DNA from: Escherichia phage YUEEL01
DNA length: 64,000 nucleotides
Reading direction: 5' to 3' (one strand)
Sequence record: NC_054935.2
In this document: positions 30,314 through 40,791 of the stretch, piece by piece
Position numbering within the stretch: position 1 is the first letter of the stretch
Layout: the number at the start of each line of letters is the position of its first letter
Translations under genes and position numbers: made by a program
The notes under the pieces: generated by a model
Told to the model about the DNA's origin: nothing
The model's database searches: none
Seen by the model: the letters and a program-made list of their open reading frames with translations, nothing else

Positions 30314-30323
30314 TGAGGAAATT

Positions 30324-32501
30324 ATGATTATCACCACTGAAAAAGAAACAATTCTTGGCAATGGTTCTAAATCAAAAGCATTTAGCATCGCAGCAAATCC
30401 TAAAGTATTTAAAATTCTATCATCTGATTTGTATACAAACAAGATTCGCGCAGTGGTCCGTGAATTAATTACTAACATGATTGATGCCCATGCTCTCAAT
30501 GGAAATCCTGAAAAATTTATCATTCAAGTTCCAGGACGATTAGACCCACGATTTGTTTGTCGAGATTTTGGTCCGGGTATGAGTGATTTTGATATTCAGG
30601 GTGATGATAATTCTCCTGGGTTGTATAATTCATACTTCAGTTCATCTAAAGCTGAATCTAATGACTTTATTGGCGGATTTGGTTTAGGTTCTAAATCTCC
30701 GTTTAGTTATACTGATACGTTTAGTATTACTTCGTATCATAAAGGTGAAATTCGTGGTTATGTAGCTTACATGGATGGTGATGGCCCACAGATTAAACCT
30801 ACATTCGTAAAAGAAATGGGTCCAGATGATAAAACTGGTATTGAAATCGTAGTTCCAGTTGAAGAAAAAGACTTTAGAAACTTTGCTTATGAAGTTTCTT
30901 ATATCATGCGACCGTTCAAAGATTTGGCTATCATTAATGGTCTTGACCGCGAAATTGATTATTTTCCGGATTTTGATGATTATTATGGCGTAAATCCAGA
31001 AAGATACTGGCCAGATCGTGGTGGATTATATGCTATCTATGGCGGTATTGTTTATCCTATCGATGGTGTTATTAGAGACCGTAACTGGCTAAGCATTCGC
31101 AATGAAGTGAATTACATTAAGTTTCCAATGGGTTCACTTGATATTGCTCCATCTCGCGAGGCTCTTTCACTGGATGATCGCACTCGTAAAAATATTATTG
31201 AACGAGTTAAAGAACTCAGTGAGAAAGCATTTAATGAAGATGTAAAACGATTTAAAGAATCTACATCTCCTCGTCATACATATCGCGAATTAATGAAGAT
31301 GGGGTATTCTGCTCGAGATTATATGATTAGTAATTCAGTCAAATTCACGACTAAAAATCTGTCATATAAGAAGATGCAGAGTATGTTTGAACCTGATAGT
31401 AAGTTATGCAACGCGGGAGTTGTGTATGAAGTAAATCTTGACCCTCGACTGAAACGCATTAAGCAAAGCCATGAAACTTCAGCCGTTGCATCAAGTTATC
31501 GTCTGTTTGGTATTAATACAACAAAAATTAATATCGTTATTGATAATATTAAAAATCGTGTTAATATTGTCCGTGGATTAGCACGTGCATTAGATGATAG
31601 TGAATTTAATAACACTTTAAATATTCATCACAATGAGCGTCTTCTGTTTATTAATCCGGAAGTAGAATCACAGATTGATTTACTCCCTGATATTATGGCA
31701 ATGTTTGAAAATGATGAAGTTAACATTCATTATTTGTCAGAAATCGAAGCTTTAGTTAAAAGCTATATTCCAAAGGTAGTTAAAAGTAAAGCTCCTCGTC
31801 CTAAAGCTGCTACAGCATTTAAGTTTGAAATTAAAGACGGGCGCTGGGAAAAAGAGGAATTATTTACGCTCACATCAGAAGCAGATGAAATTACTGGTTA
31901 TGTAGCGTATATGCATCGTTCTGATATTTTCTCTATGGATGGTACTACATCTCTTTGTCATCCATCTATGAATATTTTGATTCGTATGGCTAATCTTATT
32001 GGCATTAATGAATTTTATGTTATTCGTCCGCTTTTACAGAAAAAGGTAAAAGAACTCGGTCAGTGCCAATGTATTTTTGAAACTTTGCGTGATTTATATG
32101 TAGATGCTTTTGATGATGTAGATTATGATAAGTACGTAGGTTATTCAAGTTCAGCTCAACGATATATTGATAAAATTATCAAGTATCCTGAGTTAGATTT
32201 TATGATGAAGTACTTCAGTACAGATGAAGTTTCTGAAGAATATACACGACTCGCTAATATAGTTAGTTCATTGCGCGGTGTATATTTTAATGGTGGAAAA
32301 GATACCATTGGTCATGACATCTGGACAGTAACTAATCTTTTTGATGTATTATCAAATAATGCTTCAAAAAACAGTGATAAAATGGTTGCTGAGTTTACCA
32401 AGAAATTCCGCATTGTTTCCGACTTCATCGGTTATCGCAACTCTTTAAGTGATGATGAAGTTTCTCAAATCGCTAAAACTATGAAGGCCCTTGCGGCCTA
32501 A
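30324..32501 (+). CDS. rIIA: rIIA lysis-inhibition / RexAB-exclusion evasion protein
   Basis: 725 aa, exact T4 rIIA length; GHKL-like N-terminus. Confidence 0.9.
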   Translation: MIITTEKETILGNGSKSKAFSIAANPKVFKILSSDLYTNKIRAVVRELITNMIDAHALNGNPEKFIIQVPGRLDPRFVCRDFGPGMSDFDIQGDDNSPGLYNSYFSSSKAESNDFIGGFGLGSKSPFSYTDTFSITSYHKGEIRGYVAYMDGDGPQIKPTFVKEMGPDDKTGIEIVVPVEEKDFRNFAYEVSYIMRPFKDLAIINGLDREIDYFPDFDDYYGVNPERYWPDRGGLYAIYGGIVYPIDGVIRDRNWLSIRNEVNYIKFPMGSLDIAPSREALSLDDRTRKNIIERVKELSEKAFNEDVKRFKESTSPRHTYRELMKMGYSARDYMISNSVKFTTKNLSYKKMQSMFEPDSKLCNAGVVYEVNLDPRLKRIKQSHETSAVASSYRLFGINTTKINIVIDNIKNRVNIVRGLARALDDSEFNNTLNIHHNERLLFINPEVESQIDLLPDIMAMFENDEVNIHYLSEIEALVKSYIPKVVKSKAPRPKAATAFKFEIKDGRWEKEELFTLTSEADEITGYVAYMHRSDIFSMDGTTSLCHPSMNILIRMANLIGINEFYVIRPLLQKKVKELGQCQCIFETLRDLYVDAFDDVDYDKYVGYSSSAQRYIDKIIKYPELDFMMKYFSTDEVSEEYTRLANIVSSLRGVYFNGGKDTIGHDIWTVTNLFDVLSNNASKNSDKMVAEFTKKFRIVSDFIGYRNSLSDDEVSQIAKTMKALAA

Positions 32502-32512
32502 TAAGGAAAATT

Positions 32513-33451
32513 ATGTACAATATTAAATGCCTGACCAAAAACGAACAAGCTGAAATTGTTAAACTGTATTCAAGCGGTAATTATACCCAACAGGAATTGG
32601 CTGATTGGCAAGGTGTATCGGTTGACACAATCCGTCGTGTTTTGAAAAATGCCGAAGAAGCTAAACGCCCTAAAGTTACTATTAGTGGTGATATTACAGT
32701 TAAAGTTAATAGCGATGCAGTTATTGCTCCAGTTGCTAAATCTGACATTATTTGGAATGCATCTAAAAAATTCATTTCAATTACTGTTGACGGTGTAACT
32801 TATAACGCAACTCCTAATACTCATTCAAACTTCCAGGAAATTCTTAATCTGCTTGTAGCGGATAAGCTGGAAGAAGCAGCACAAAAAATTAATGTTCGTC
32901 GCGCTGTTGAAAAATATATTTCCGGCGATGTTCGAATTGAAGGTGGAAGCTTGTTCTATCAAAATATTGAATTGCGGTCTGGTTTGGTTGATCGTATTCT
33001 TGACTCGATGGAAAAAGGCGAAAACTTTGAATTTTATTTTCCGTTCTTGGAAAATCTGCTGGAAAACCCAAGCCAAAAAGCGGTATCTCGACTCTTTGAT
33101 TTCTTGGTAGCAAACGATATTGAAATTACAGAAGATGGCTACTTCTATGCTTGGAAAGTAGTTCGCAGCAATTACTTTGACTGTCACTCAAATACCTTTG
33201 ATAACAGTCCGGGTAAAGTAGTTAAAATGCCACGTACTCGTGTGAATGACGATGATACACAAACTTGTTCTCGTGGTCTGCATGTGTGTTCTAAATCTTA
33301 TATTCGTCACTTTGGCAGTTCAACCAGCCGAGTCGTAAAAGTTAAAGTGCATCCTCGCGATGTGGTATCAATTCCGATTGATTACAACGACGCTAAAATG
33401 CGTACCTGCCAATACGAAGTAGTTGAAGACGTTACTGAACAATTTAAATAA
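32513..33451 (+). CDS. rIIB: rIIB protein
   Basis: 312 aa, exact T4 rIIB length; directly follows rIIA. Confidence 0.9.
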   Translation: MYNIKCLTKNEQAEIVKLYSSGNYTQQELADWQGVSVDTIRRVLKNAEEAKRPKVTISGDITVKVNSDAVIAPVAKSDIIWNASKKFISITVDGVTYNATPNTHSNFQEILNLLVADKLEEAAQKINVRRAVEKYISGDVRIEGGSLFYQNIELRSGLVDRILDSMEKGENFEFYFPFLENLLENPSQKAVSRLFDFLVANDIEITEDGYFYAWKVVRSNYFDCHSNTFDNSPGKVVKMPRTRVNDDDTQTCSRGLHVCSKSYIRHFGSSTSRVVKVKVHPRDVVSIPIDYNDAKMRTCQYEVVEDVTEQFK

Positions 33452-33466
33452 GGGCTTCGGCCCTTA
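33451..33466 (+). terminator. UUCG hairpin after rIIB
   Basis: AGGGC-TTCG-GCCCT. Confidence 0.4.
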
Positions 33467-33479
33467 ACTAAGGAAAATT

Positions 33480-33674
33480 ATGTTAGGTTATCAAGCACGA
33501 GTAAAAGAAGAATACGATCAATTAATGCTTAAAATTAATGCACTGAGTAAATTTTTAGAAAGCGCAAAGTTTCTAACAGTTAGTGTAGTTGAGCAAGAAC
33601 TGCTACTTTCACAGTTCATCTCAATGAAATCTTATGCTGAATGTCTAGAGAAAAGAATTGCACAATTCAAGTAA
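33480..33674 (+). CDS. small hypothetical protein
   Basis: 64-aa ORF with SD AAGGAAAA. Confidence 0.4.
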   Translation: MLGYQARVKEEYDQLMLKINALSKFLESAKFLTVSVVEQELLLSQFISMKSYAECLEKRIAQFK

Positions 33675-33677
33675 AAT

Positions 33678-33700
33678 AAAGGGCTTCGGCCCTTTTGTTT
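33678..33700 (+). terminator. intrinsic terminator-like hairpin
   Basis: AAAGGGC-TTCG-GCCCTTT then TGTTTT. Confidence 0.55.
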
Positions 33701-33712
33701 TAAGGAAAAATT

Positions 33713-34042
33713 ATGATTTATTGTATGAATATCGGTGATTCCGACATAAAAGAGATTAAACTGCACGGAAATCATCACGCTAATATTGTGTACTGTAATA
33801 AATTTGAGTTTGGTCACGAAAAACTTGGGTTTCTTTACTGTAATGATGTTATAGTCATGGATAAAAAGGAGCTCGATGAACTTGACCGCGAGTCTTTAGA
33901 TGAAAATGACCGAATTTATTACGGCACTCTTAAAGTATATAACGCTTATCTCAGTGGTAAAAAGGAAAGTCTAAATGCAGAAAACGAATCCGGGTTTACA
34001 GAGACTATTTCAGATTCCGACATTTACCCTATCGAACAGTGA
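33713..34042 (+). CDS. hypothetical protein
   Basis: 109-aa ORF; 3' end overlaps denB start in another frame. Confidence 0.35.
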   Translation: MIYCMNIGDSDIKEIKLHGNHHANIVYCNKFEFGHEKLGFLYCNDVIVMDKKELDELDRESLDENDRIYYGTLKVYNAYLSGKKESLNAENESGFTETISDSDIYPIEQ

Positions 34043-34532
34043 CTTGACTAGCGAAATGAAGGTCAAAATTGCTGATACTGCAAGATACTCTTTAAAACAA
34101 AACCCGAACCAGGATAAAGCAGAAGTTATTGAAAGATGTCGTATTGCTGTATACGCAGAGTTTTTTGTAGCAGATTGGCTAAGCGGGTATGTTAATAAAG
34201 GTCAAGAAGATGTCGATGATCCATATACATACGCGTGGGATGTTTTAGCACATCCAAAATACTGTGGGCTTCGTGTAGAAGTTAAGACACATCAAACTGG
34301 CTCACGTTGGATTTCTGTAACAACAGGATGCAGCGGAGAGTATCCATACGGTTCTGGAATAAATCTAGGGCCCATTCTAAATCATCAAGTCGCTGACTGT
34401 ATAATTATATTCAACACTAAAGAAATTCATCCAGGTGTTATCCAGTACACTCCGAAGTTCATCGGTGACAGAGAAGACCTTCGTAAGGTTGTAAGAAAAA
34501 GCAACTACAATGGATGGTATCTTTCCATTTAA
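33975..34532 (+). CDS. denB: DenB endonuclease IV (dC-specific)
   Basis: 185 aa, position after rIIB. Confidence 0.65.
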   Translation: MQKTNPGLQRLFQIPTFTLSNSDLTSEMKVKIADTARYSLKQNPNQDKAEVIERCRIAVYAEFFVADWLSGYVNKGQEDVDDPYTYAWDVLAHPKYCGLRVEVKTHQTGSRWISVTTGCSGEYPYGSGINLGPILNHQVADCIIIFNTKEIHPGVIQYTPKFIGDREDLRKVVRKSNYNGWYLSI

Positions 34533-34550
34533 AAAAATTTTCACAAAACA

Positions 34551-34580
34551 GTTTACATACCACAAGGACCGTGGTACTAT
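34551..34580 (+). promoter_or_regulatory. T4-type early promoter
   Basis: GTTTAC, 18 bp, TACTAT. Confidence 0.6.
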
Positions 34581-34607
34581 ACAACTATCAGCTACGGAGG
34601 AGTAAAA

Positions 34608-34871
34608 ATGAAATTTAAATTTTATTACGCTAAACATAAAATTACCGGTGAATTTATTGCATTTACGACTTCAACTACAGATGAAGGAGATATTTTTACT
34701 GCAGTATTTTTATCAAAATGGGAATCAGATCAACCTTACTTATCATCACGTGAAGATCTCCAACGATTAGTTAATGGAGAATATAATGATTCATGGTCAT
34801 ATTTAGTCCATGATTGTGTTAAAAAGGCAATAAAACAAAAACACTTGGAAATCGTTGAGATTGAACTATGA
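34608..34871 (+). CDS. hypothetical protein
   Basis: 87-aa ORF. Confidence 0.4.
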   Translation: MKFKFYYAKHKITGEFIAFTTSTTDEGDIFTAVFLSKWESDQPYLSSREDLQRLVNGEYNDSWSYLVHDCVKKAIKQKHLEIVEIEL

Positions 34872-34954
34872 GTTCATTATGTTGGTGTTTTGTTTGGTTA
34901 ATTAGTATTCCAGTAATTTGTTTAACATTTACTTTTGTGATGAGGTTATTATGA
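34868..34954 (+). CDS. tiny hydrophobic peptide
   Basis: 28 codons, ATGA coupling. Confidence 0.25.
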   Translation: MSSLCWCFVWLISIPVICLTFTFVMRLL

Positions 34955-35049
34955 AAATTTTGAATTCTGTACTTATTGCGTGTGCATGGTGGGTTGCACA
35001 AGTTTCGGCAGTAGTGATTGGTATTCACATTTATTACGAATATTTTTAA
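34951..35049 (+). CDS. tiny hydrophobic peptide
   Basis: 32 codons, ATGA coupling. Confidence 0.25.
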   Translation: MKILNSVLIACAWWVAQVSAVVIGIHIYYEYF

Positions 35050-35056
35050 AAAAGTT

Positions 35057-35086
35057 GTTTACAAGACTGTTCTTCCGTGGTACTAT
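35057..35086 (+). promoter_or_regulatory. T4-type early promoter
   Basis: GTTTAC, 18 bp, TACTAT. Confidence 0.6.
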
Positions 35087-35114
35087 TACCCTATCAACTA
35101 CGGAGGAACAGAAA

Positions 35115-35228
35115 ATGAAAAAGATTGTTAAAGCTATATGGAATGTAGTTATAATACTAATAGTTTTGAGTATATTCCCAATCGTTTTAATGATTGATGT
35201 ATTAAACGTTTACTTTGGATTTATGTGA
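35115..35228 (+). CDS. small single-pass membrane peptide
   Basis: 37 codons after SD GGAGGAA. Confidence 0.35.
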   Translation: MKKIVKAIWNVVIILIVLSIFPIVLMIDVLNVYFGFM

Positions 35229-35235
35229 GGAAAAT

Positions 35236-35433
35236 ATGAAGCGTAAACGCAGTGCTTTTACATTTATTGAATGGTTTTTCGATAATATTTTTCCGGCTTT
35301 ATTCATTTTCATGCTGATTTTTGCCTTAGGTTCAGTTGTAGTTGGAATTTATTTGATGACGGTAGTCGGAATGGATATTCATCAAAATGGTTTAAAATCC
35401 GTGGTTGAAACAATTTGGAATGGTGTAAAATGA
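35236..35433 (+). CDS. small membrane protein
   Basis: 65 codons after SD GAGGAAAA. Confidence 0.4.
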   Translation: MKRKRSAFTFIEWFFDNIFPALFIFMLIFALGSVVVGIYLMTVVGMDIHQNGLKSVVETIWNGVK

Positions 35434-35540
35434 TGAATTTGCTGAGTGGTTGGTTTTATATTCTTATGTTTTACATTGGCGCAAATTTTCCATATTGGAT
35501 GGGATGGTCAACAACTGCATTTGGATTTTATACTCCTTGA
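35430..35540 (+). CDS. tiny hydrophobic aromatic-rich peptide
   Basis: 36 codons. Confidence 0.25.
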   Translation: MMNLLSGWFYILMFYIGANFPYWMGWSTTAFGFYTP

Positions 35541-35548
35541 GGTGAATT

Positions 35549-35764
35549 ATGAAAATCTTTAAAGATGTAAAAGTTGGTGAAATTTTTTGCTTGGATAGTG
35601 GTGATCAGTTAATTCGTATTTCACCTCTTAAGAGCACCAGCGAGAAAATGACAGTTAACGCTACTTTAGCAAATAACAGTAATGAACGTTTCTGTATTGA
35701 AAATGATACTGAAACTTATACCGTAGAAGAGTTTTGGGAATTGAGCGTCGACTGCGACGATTAA
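35549..35764 (+). CDS. small hypothetical protein
   Basis: 71-aa ORF. Confidence 0.4.
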   Translation: MKIFKDVKVGEIFCLDSGDQLIRISPLKSTSEKMTVNATLANNSNERFCIENDTETYTVEEFWELSVDCDD

Positions 35765-35824
35765 TTTAATGGCCGCGTGTATTCATGCGGCCTTGGAGTA
35801 GAAAATAATTTAGAGGAAATTAAT

Positions 35825-36283
35825 ATGAAATACATGACTGTTACTGATCTGAATAATGCAGGCGCTACTGTTATTGGCACAATCAAGGGCGGTGAATGGT
35901 TTTTGGGAACTCCGCATAAAGATATTTTATCTAAACCTGGATTTTACTTTTTAGTGAGTAAATTAGATGGTCGTCCATTTAGTAATCCGTGCGTGTCCGC
36001 ACGATTTTATGTAGGTAATCAGCGTTCTAAGCAAGGATTCAGTGCGGTTCTAAGTCATATTCGTCAGCGTCGGTCTCAGCTTGCGCGTACTATTGCAAAT
36101 AACAATGTTCCATACACAGTATTTTATCTTCCTGCTTCTAAGATGAAACCTCTGACGACAGGATTTGATAAAGGTCAGTTAGCGTTGGCGTTTACTCGTA
36201 ATCATCATTCTGAGTATCAAACACTTGAAGAAATGAACCGTATGTTGGCTGATAACTTTAAATTTGTTTTGCAGGCATATTAA
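35825..36283 (+). CDS. ndd: Ndd nucleoid disruption protein
   Basis: 152 aa from MKYMTVTDL; matches recalled T4 Ndd. Confidence 0.85.
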   Translation: MKYMTVTDLNNAGATVIGTIKGGEWFLGTPHKDILSKPGFYFLVSKLDGRPFSNPCVSARFYVGNQRSKQGFSAVLSHIRQRRSQLARTIANNNVPYTVFYLPASKMKPLTTGFDKGQLALAFTRNHHSEYQTLEEMNRMLADNFKFVLQAY

Positions 36284-36369
36284 TGAGTAATTTCCATAAC
36301 GAACATGTGATGCAGTTCTATCGTAACAATCTTAAAAACTTTGGTATTTTAGGTTCTAAAAATAGTTGA
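36283..36369 (+). CDS. stp: Stp peptide (modulator of host PrrC/EcoprrI)
   Basis: 28 codons [18 protein letters not shown]...; N-terminus matches recalled T4 Stp. Confidence 0.7.
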   Translation: MSNFHNEHVMQFYRNNLKNFGILGSKNS

Positions 36370-36379
36370 GGAGAATATT

Positions 36380-36538
36380 ATGAATATCGCAAAATTATTA
36401 GGAGTTATTTCATTTATTTGTTGGATAGTAGCATGTGTTTTAACTATCTGTATCGATGCTAGCAGTGTGTTTTCACAAGCTTTAGCCCAGGGTATGTGTG
36501 CATATTTAACATTTGTGTTGTTATCTACTAATGATTAA
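36380..36538 (+). CDS. ac: small membrane protein (ac-like by position)
   Basis: 52-aa hydrophobic ORF between stp and 52. Confidence 0.4.
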   Translation: MNIAKLLGVISFICWIVACVLTICIDASSVFSQALAQGMCAYLTFVLLSTND

Positions 36539-36671
36539 GAAAATCTTGGGCTATTCATTAGCCCTTGCTACTTTATTAGTAGCACTATATTATGGAGTAA
36601 TGTTCGGATTAATTCAAGTCGTGCTTTTCATTTCTGATGTTATTATGGCACTACATTCACTAGTATGGTAA
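36531..36671 (+). CDS. small membrane protein
   Basis: 46-aa hydrophobic ORF. Confidence 0.3.
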   Translation: MIKKILGYSLALATLLVALYYGVMFGLIQVVLFISDVIMALHSLVW

Positions 36672-36675
36672 ATTT

Positions 36676-38004
36676 ATGCAACTGAATAATCGCGATTTAA
36701 AAAGTATCATTGATAATGAAGCATTGGCTTATGCTATGTACACGGTTGAAAATCGTGCTATTCCAAATATGATTGATGGATTTAAGCCAGTTCAACGATT
36801 TGTTATTGCTCGAGCTCTTGATTTGGCACGAGGAAATAAAGATAAGTTTCATAAGCTCGCTTCTATCGCAGGTGGTGTAGCGGACCTTGGATATCACCAT
36901 GGCGAAAACTCTGCACAAGACGCAGGTGCTTTGATGGCTAATACTTGGAATAATAACTTTCCTTTGTTAGATGGTCAAGGAAACTTTGGTTCTCGTACCG
37001 TTCAAAAAGCAGCGGCAAGTCGTTATATTTTTGCTCGTGTAAGTAAAAATTTCTATAACGTATATAAAGATACTGAATATGCTCCGGTACATCAAGATAA
37101 AGAACACATTCCGCCTGCTTTCTATTTGCCTATTATTCCTACCGTTCTTCTTAATGGCGTTTCCGGTATTGCAACTGGTTATGCAACTTACATTCTTCCT
37201 CATAGTGTTTCTTCTGTCAAGAAAGCTGTACTGCAAGCTCTTCAAGGAAAGAAAGTAACTAAACCGAAGGTAGAATTCCCAGAATTTCGTGGTGAAGTCG
37301 TTGAAATTGATGGGCAATATGAAATTCGTGGAACATATAAGTTTACTTCACGAACTCAAATGCATATCACTGAGATTCCGTATAAGTATGATCGTGAAAC
37401 TTACGTGAGTAAAATCTTAGACCCGCTTGAAGATAAAGGCTTCATTACATGGGATGATGCTTGCGGTGAGCATGGTTTTGGCTTTAAAATTAAATTCCGC
37501 AAAGAATACTCTTTGAGCGATAATGAAGAAGAACGCCATGCAAAAATTATGAAAGACTTCGGACTGATTGAGCGTCGTTCTCAGAATATTACTGTCATTA
37601 ATGAGAAAGGAAAGCTACAAGTTTACGATAACGTAGTTGATTTAATTAAAGACTTCGTTGAAGTTCGTAAAACTTATGTCCAAAAACGAATTGATAACAA
37701 AATTAAAGAAACTGAGTCAGCTTTTCGTTTAGCCTTTGCCAAGGCACATTTCATTAAGAAAGTAATTTCAGGTGAAATTGTTGTACAGGGTAAAACTCGT
37801 AAAGAACTGACCGAAGAACTTTCTAAAATTGATATGTATTCTTCTTATGTTGATAAACTAGTTGGAATGAATATTTTTCATATGACTTCTGACGAAGCAA
37901 AGAAACTTGCTGAAGAAGCTAAAGCTAAAAAAGAAGAAAACGAATATTGGAAAACTACTGATGTAGTTACAGAATACACCAAAGATTTAGAGGAAATCAA
38001 ATGA
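36676..38004 (+). CDS. 52: DNA topoisomerase II medium (GyrA-like, catalytic Tyr) subunit
   Basis: 442 aa, exact T4 gp52 length. Confidence 0.9.
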   Translation: MQLNNRDLKSIIDNEALAYAMYTVENRAIPNMIDGFKPVQRFVIARALDLARGNKDKFHKLASIAGGVADLGYHHGENSAQDAGALMANTWNNNFPLLDGQGNFGSRTVQKAAASRYIFARVSKNFYNVYKDTEYAPVHQDKEHIPPAFYLPIIPTVLLNGVSGIATGYATYILPHSVSSVKKAVLQALQGKKVTKPKVEFPEFRGEVVEIDGQYEIRGTYKFTSRTQMHITEIPYKYDRETYVSKILDPLEDKGFITWDDACGEHGFGFKIKFRKEYSLSDNEEERHAKIMKDFGLIERRSQNITVINEKGKLQVYDNVVDLIKDFVEVRKTYVQKRIDNKIKETESAFRLAFAKAHFIKKVISGEIVVQGKTRKELTEELSKIDMYSSYVDKLVGMNIFHMTSDEAKKLAEEAKAKKEENEYWKTTDVVTEYTKDLEEIK

Positions 38005-38150
38005 GTCCATTCATTGGTATTACAAGCGCGGCATTAGTATCTGGCGGCATTTTACTAGCGGGGGTAGGTGTTGTTCCAGCTGTAGCAGGAGGTCTTCTTG
38101 CGTTCGGCATTCAACGTGTTATCATGACAGTTATCACAGTCATGCAGTAA
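38001..38150 (+). CDS. small Gly/Ala-rich membrane peptide
   Basis: 49 codons, ATGA overlap with gene 52. Confidence 0.35.
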   Translation: MSPFIGITSAALVSGGILLAGVGVVPAVAGGLLAFGIQRVIMTVITVMQ

Positions 38151-38155
38151 TTTTA

Positions 38156-38182
38156 GGGAGAGCCTCGGCTCTCCCTTTTTTA
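38156..38182 (+). terminator. intrinsic terminator
   Basis: GGGAGAG-CCTCGG-CTCTCCC then TTTTTT. Confidence 0.75.
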
Positions 38183-38206
38183 TTTCAAAAATTTTTTCAC
38201 AAAACG

Positions 38207-38236
38207 GTTTACAACCAAAGCATACTGTGGTACTAT
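38207..38236 (+). promoter_or_regulatory. T4-type early promoter
   Basis: GTTTAC, 18 bp, TACTAT. Confidence 0.6.
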
Positions 38237-38285
38237 ACAACTATCAAATAAATGAACTGAAACAAACAACCCGGAGATACAAAAA

Positions 38286-38513
38286 ATGAAATTTAAAATC
38301 GAAAACGAAATCGTTAAAGCTAAAAATGCTCTGACTGCTAACAAACTGGTTGTAGATGGTATTGAATATGATATCTGTGGAGTTCGTGAAGAAAAACCTG
38401 GTGTTCTGACTTTCTTCACAATGATTTTTAAATTTAAAGGTGACACAGAATTCAAACAGTTTGATTTTGCCCATGAAGACGAAATCGAAGTTCGTAATCT
38501 GAACATTAAGTAA
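38286..38513 (+). CDS. small hypothetical protein
   Basis: 75-aa ORF downstream of early promoter. Confidence 0.45.
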   Translation: MKFKIENEIVKAKNALTANKLVVDGIEYDICGVREEKPGVLTFFTMIFKFKGDTEFKQFDFAHEDEIEVRNLNIK

Positions 38514-38552
38514 GTACTTTATTAGAGCTCTTGAAAAAGAGTGCAAAAAAGT

Positions 38553-38581
38553 GTTTACTTCTGCTTTAAACATGATACTAT
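38553..38581 (+). promoter_or_regulatory. T4-type early promoter upstream of motA
   Basis: GTTTAC, 17 bp, TACTAT; spacer also contains TGCTTTA. Confidence 0.6.
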
Positions 38582-38618
38582 AGACCTATCAAATAAATGA
38601 ACTGAAACGGAGATTAAA

Positions 38619-39254
38619 ATGTCTAAAGTAACTTACATCATCAAAGCTTCTAACGATATTCTGAATGAAAAAACTGCTGCGATTTTAATTACCATTGCTA
38701 AGAAAGATTTCATTACAGCTGCAGAAGTTCGTGAGGTGCATCCAGATTTAGGTAATGCAGTAGTTAATAGTAATATTGGGGTATTGATTAAAAAAGGCCT
38801 GGTGGAGAAATCTGGTGATGGATTAATCATTACTGGTGAAGCTCAGGATATTATTTCAAATGCAGCAACTTTATACGCACAGGAAAACGCTCCGGAACTG
38901 CTGAAAAAACGAGCAACTCGTAAAGCTCGCGAAATTACTTCTGATATGGAAGAAGATAAAGACTTCATGTTAAAACTTTTAGATGAAAATGGATTTGTTC
39001 TTAAAAAGGTTGAAACTTACCGCAGTAACTATCTCGCTATTTTAGAAAAACGCACTCACGGAATTCGTAATTTTGAAATTAACAACAATGGAAATATGCG
39101 AATTTTTGGATACAAAATGATGGAACATCATATTCAGAAATTTACTGACATCGGAATGTCATGTAAAATCGCTAAAAACGGTAATGTGTATCTTGACATT
39201 AAACGCTCGGCAGAAAACATTGAAGCTGTAATCACTGTAGCATCTGAACTGTGA
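38619..39254 (+). CDS. motA: MotA middle-transcription activator
   Basis: 211 aa, exact T4 MotA length. Confidence 0.85.
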   Translation: MSKVTYIIKASNDILNEKTAAILITIAKKDFITAAEVREVHPDLGNAVVNSNIGVLIKKGLVEKSGDGLIITGEAQDIISNAATLYAQENAPELLKKRATRKAREITSDMEEDKDFMLKLLDENGFVLKKVETYRSNYLAILEKRTHGIRNFEINNNGNMRIFGYKMMEHHIQKFTDIGMSCKIAKNGNVYLDIKRSAENIEAVITVASEL

Positions 39255-39264
39255 GGAATAAATA

Positions 39265-39594
39265 ATGAACAAGTTAGAAATTGTCAATGAACTTCGTCGT
39301 TGTGCAGAACCCACTCAGGAGGGGTGGGACATCTGGTACCATGGGGCTTATCTTGGAACTATTGTAAAGATTAAGACTGGCAAATACATGATTATTCGTG
39401 AAAGTAAAGATGCTCCAGTAGGTATTCGCAATAATTTCATGGCAGCTATAAGTTCCTTTATGGATTCAGCTTACGAAATTTACCTTGCTGATTATAAAGA
39501 ATTCCATGAATCTCAACCAGTTATTCGCTCAATTGGTGTTAACAAAGCTCAACAGAAAACTTTATGGCAACGTATTAAAGGATGGTTTAAATGA
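39265..39594 (+). CDS. hypothetical protein
   Basis: 109-aa ORF. Confidence 0.4.
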   Translation: MNKLEIVNELRRCAEPTQEGWDIWYHGAYLGTIVKIKTGKYMIIRESKDAPVGIRNNFMAAISSFMDSAYEIYLADYKEFHESQPVIRSIGVNKAQQKTLWQRIKGWFK

Positions 39595-39746
39595 AAACAT
39601 TTAAAATTGTCGTAGAATTTTATAACGGCGAAGGTGTAGTCCATCTTAAAGCGGCCAACCAGTTTGATGCGGTAAGAGTATATTGTCAATGCTTTGAAAG
39701 TTCTAAACAAGCTATAAAAATTAAAAGTGTTGAGGAAACCAAATGA
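39591..39746 (+). CDS. small hypothetical protein
   Basis: 51 codons, ATGA coupling both ends. Confidence 0.3.
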   Translation: MKTFKIVVEFYNGEGVVHLKAANQFDAVRVYCQCFESSKQAIKIKSVEETK

Positions 39747-40210
39747 AAACCTTCAAAGAGCGTCTTGAATTATTAGACCTGGCTTTATTACGTGAAACTC
39801 CAGAAAGTCTAGCAGCTAAATTACAGGCCTATGGCGACTACACCGAATATACGGAAGAGGATGTTTTAGAAGAGGTTCCTGAAATCTGTTGGCAAGTAGC
39901 TCATTGGAACAATAATGAAAAATATCAACGTCGAATTGTGTGTGCAGCCAACCGCTTTAAGTTAAAAGATGGTGGGACTCTGGTTATTCCTGGTGCTCGT
40001 CATTATTCTAAAGATATGGCTGAAGTTCTTGACCAGGTAAGTGATAAACTTGTATCAGACCATGTTTGTGGTGAAGACCAAGGATTTATTGACCAGTATA
40101 GCAATTACTGGACACGTGAAGAAGCAATGATTATTGCAACTTACGCTGGACAAGTGCGTATTGAACGTGGTGGTAGTGAAAAAGAACTTTACTCTGAGGA
40201 CCTTTACTAA
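39743..40210 (+). CDS. hypothetical protein
   Basis: 155-aa ORF. Confidence 0.4.
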   Translation: MKTFKERLELLDLALLRETPESLAAKLQAYGDYTEYTEEDVLEEVPEICWQVAHWNNNEKYQRRIVCAANRFKLKDGGTLVIPGARHYSKDMAEVLDQVSDKLVSDHVCGEDQGFIDQYSNYWTREEAMIIATYAGQVRIERGGSEKELYSEDLY

Positions 40211-40506
40211 TGAATATTAAAAAGTTTCAAATTGATGGAATTAAGAATCAAATCCAGGCGTTGGAATATGCCAATAAAATGATGTCAACTAATTGGGGAA
40301 TTTATACAAATGAACCGGCATTTCAGTTCTGTGATATGGAATTCACTAAAAAGCTCGTAGGAAAAGATTATGTATGTCCATTTAGTTATCCAGTAAATGG
40401 AATGCTAAAACTTGCTTTACGCGATCTTTATATTGCGATGAACGAAGAGATGATAAAAGAGCTAAAACGCCAACTGAAGGTGATTCAAATTGGCCAGGGA
40501 AATTAA
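40210..40506 (+). CDS. hypothetical protein
   Basis: 98-aa ORF. Confidence 0.4.
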   Translation: MNIKKFQIDGIKNQIQALEYANKMMSTNWGIYTNEPAFQFCDMEFTKKLVGKDYVCPFSYPVNGMLKLALRDLYIAMNEEMIKELKRQLKVIQIGQGN

Positions 40507-40708
40507 TTCAAAATCCGATTATTTTAATTCTCTCAACGATAAAGATAAAAATCTAATACGGCATTTTATTGTTGAGATGGGATATACCGATACACGCGAT
40601 TTAAGAGAACATATATTTGAATGTGGTGTAGCTAAAAAGTTTTCATTCACATGCAAATGTTTAAGAGAGGTAATTCAGCACTATGAACAATTTAGTCGCA
40701 AAGCATAA
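40490..40708 (+). CDS. small Cys-containing hypothetical protein
   Basis: 72-aa ORF; exact start uncertain. Confidence 0.3.
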   Translation: MAREINSKSDYFNSLNDKDKNLIRHFIVEMGYTDTRDLREHIFECGVAKKFSFTCKCLREVIQHYEQFSRKA

Positions 40709-40791
40709 TTTTAATAAAGCTTCTGTTCATAAGGATAAGAAGAAAGCGTTTAAAGAATCTAATCGCAAACAGAAACATAAGGGGAAGGTCT

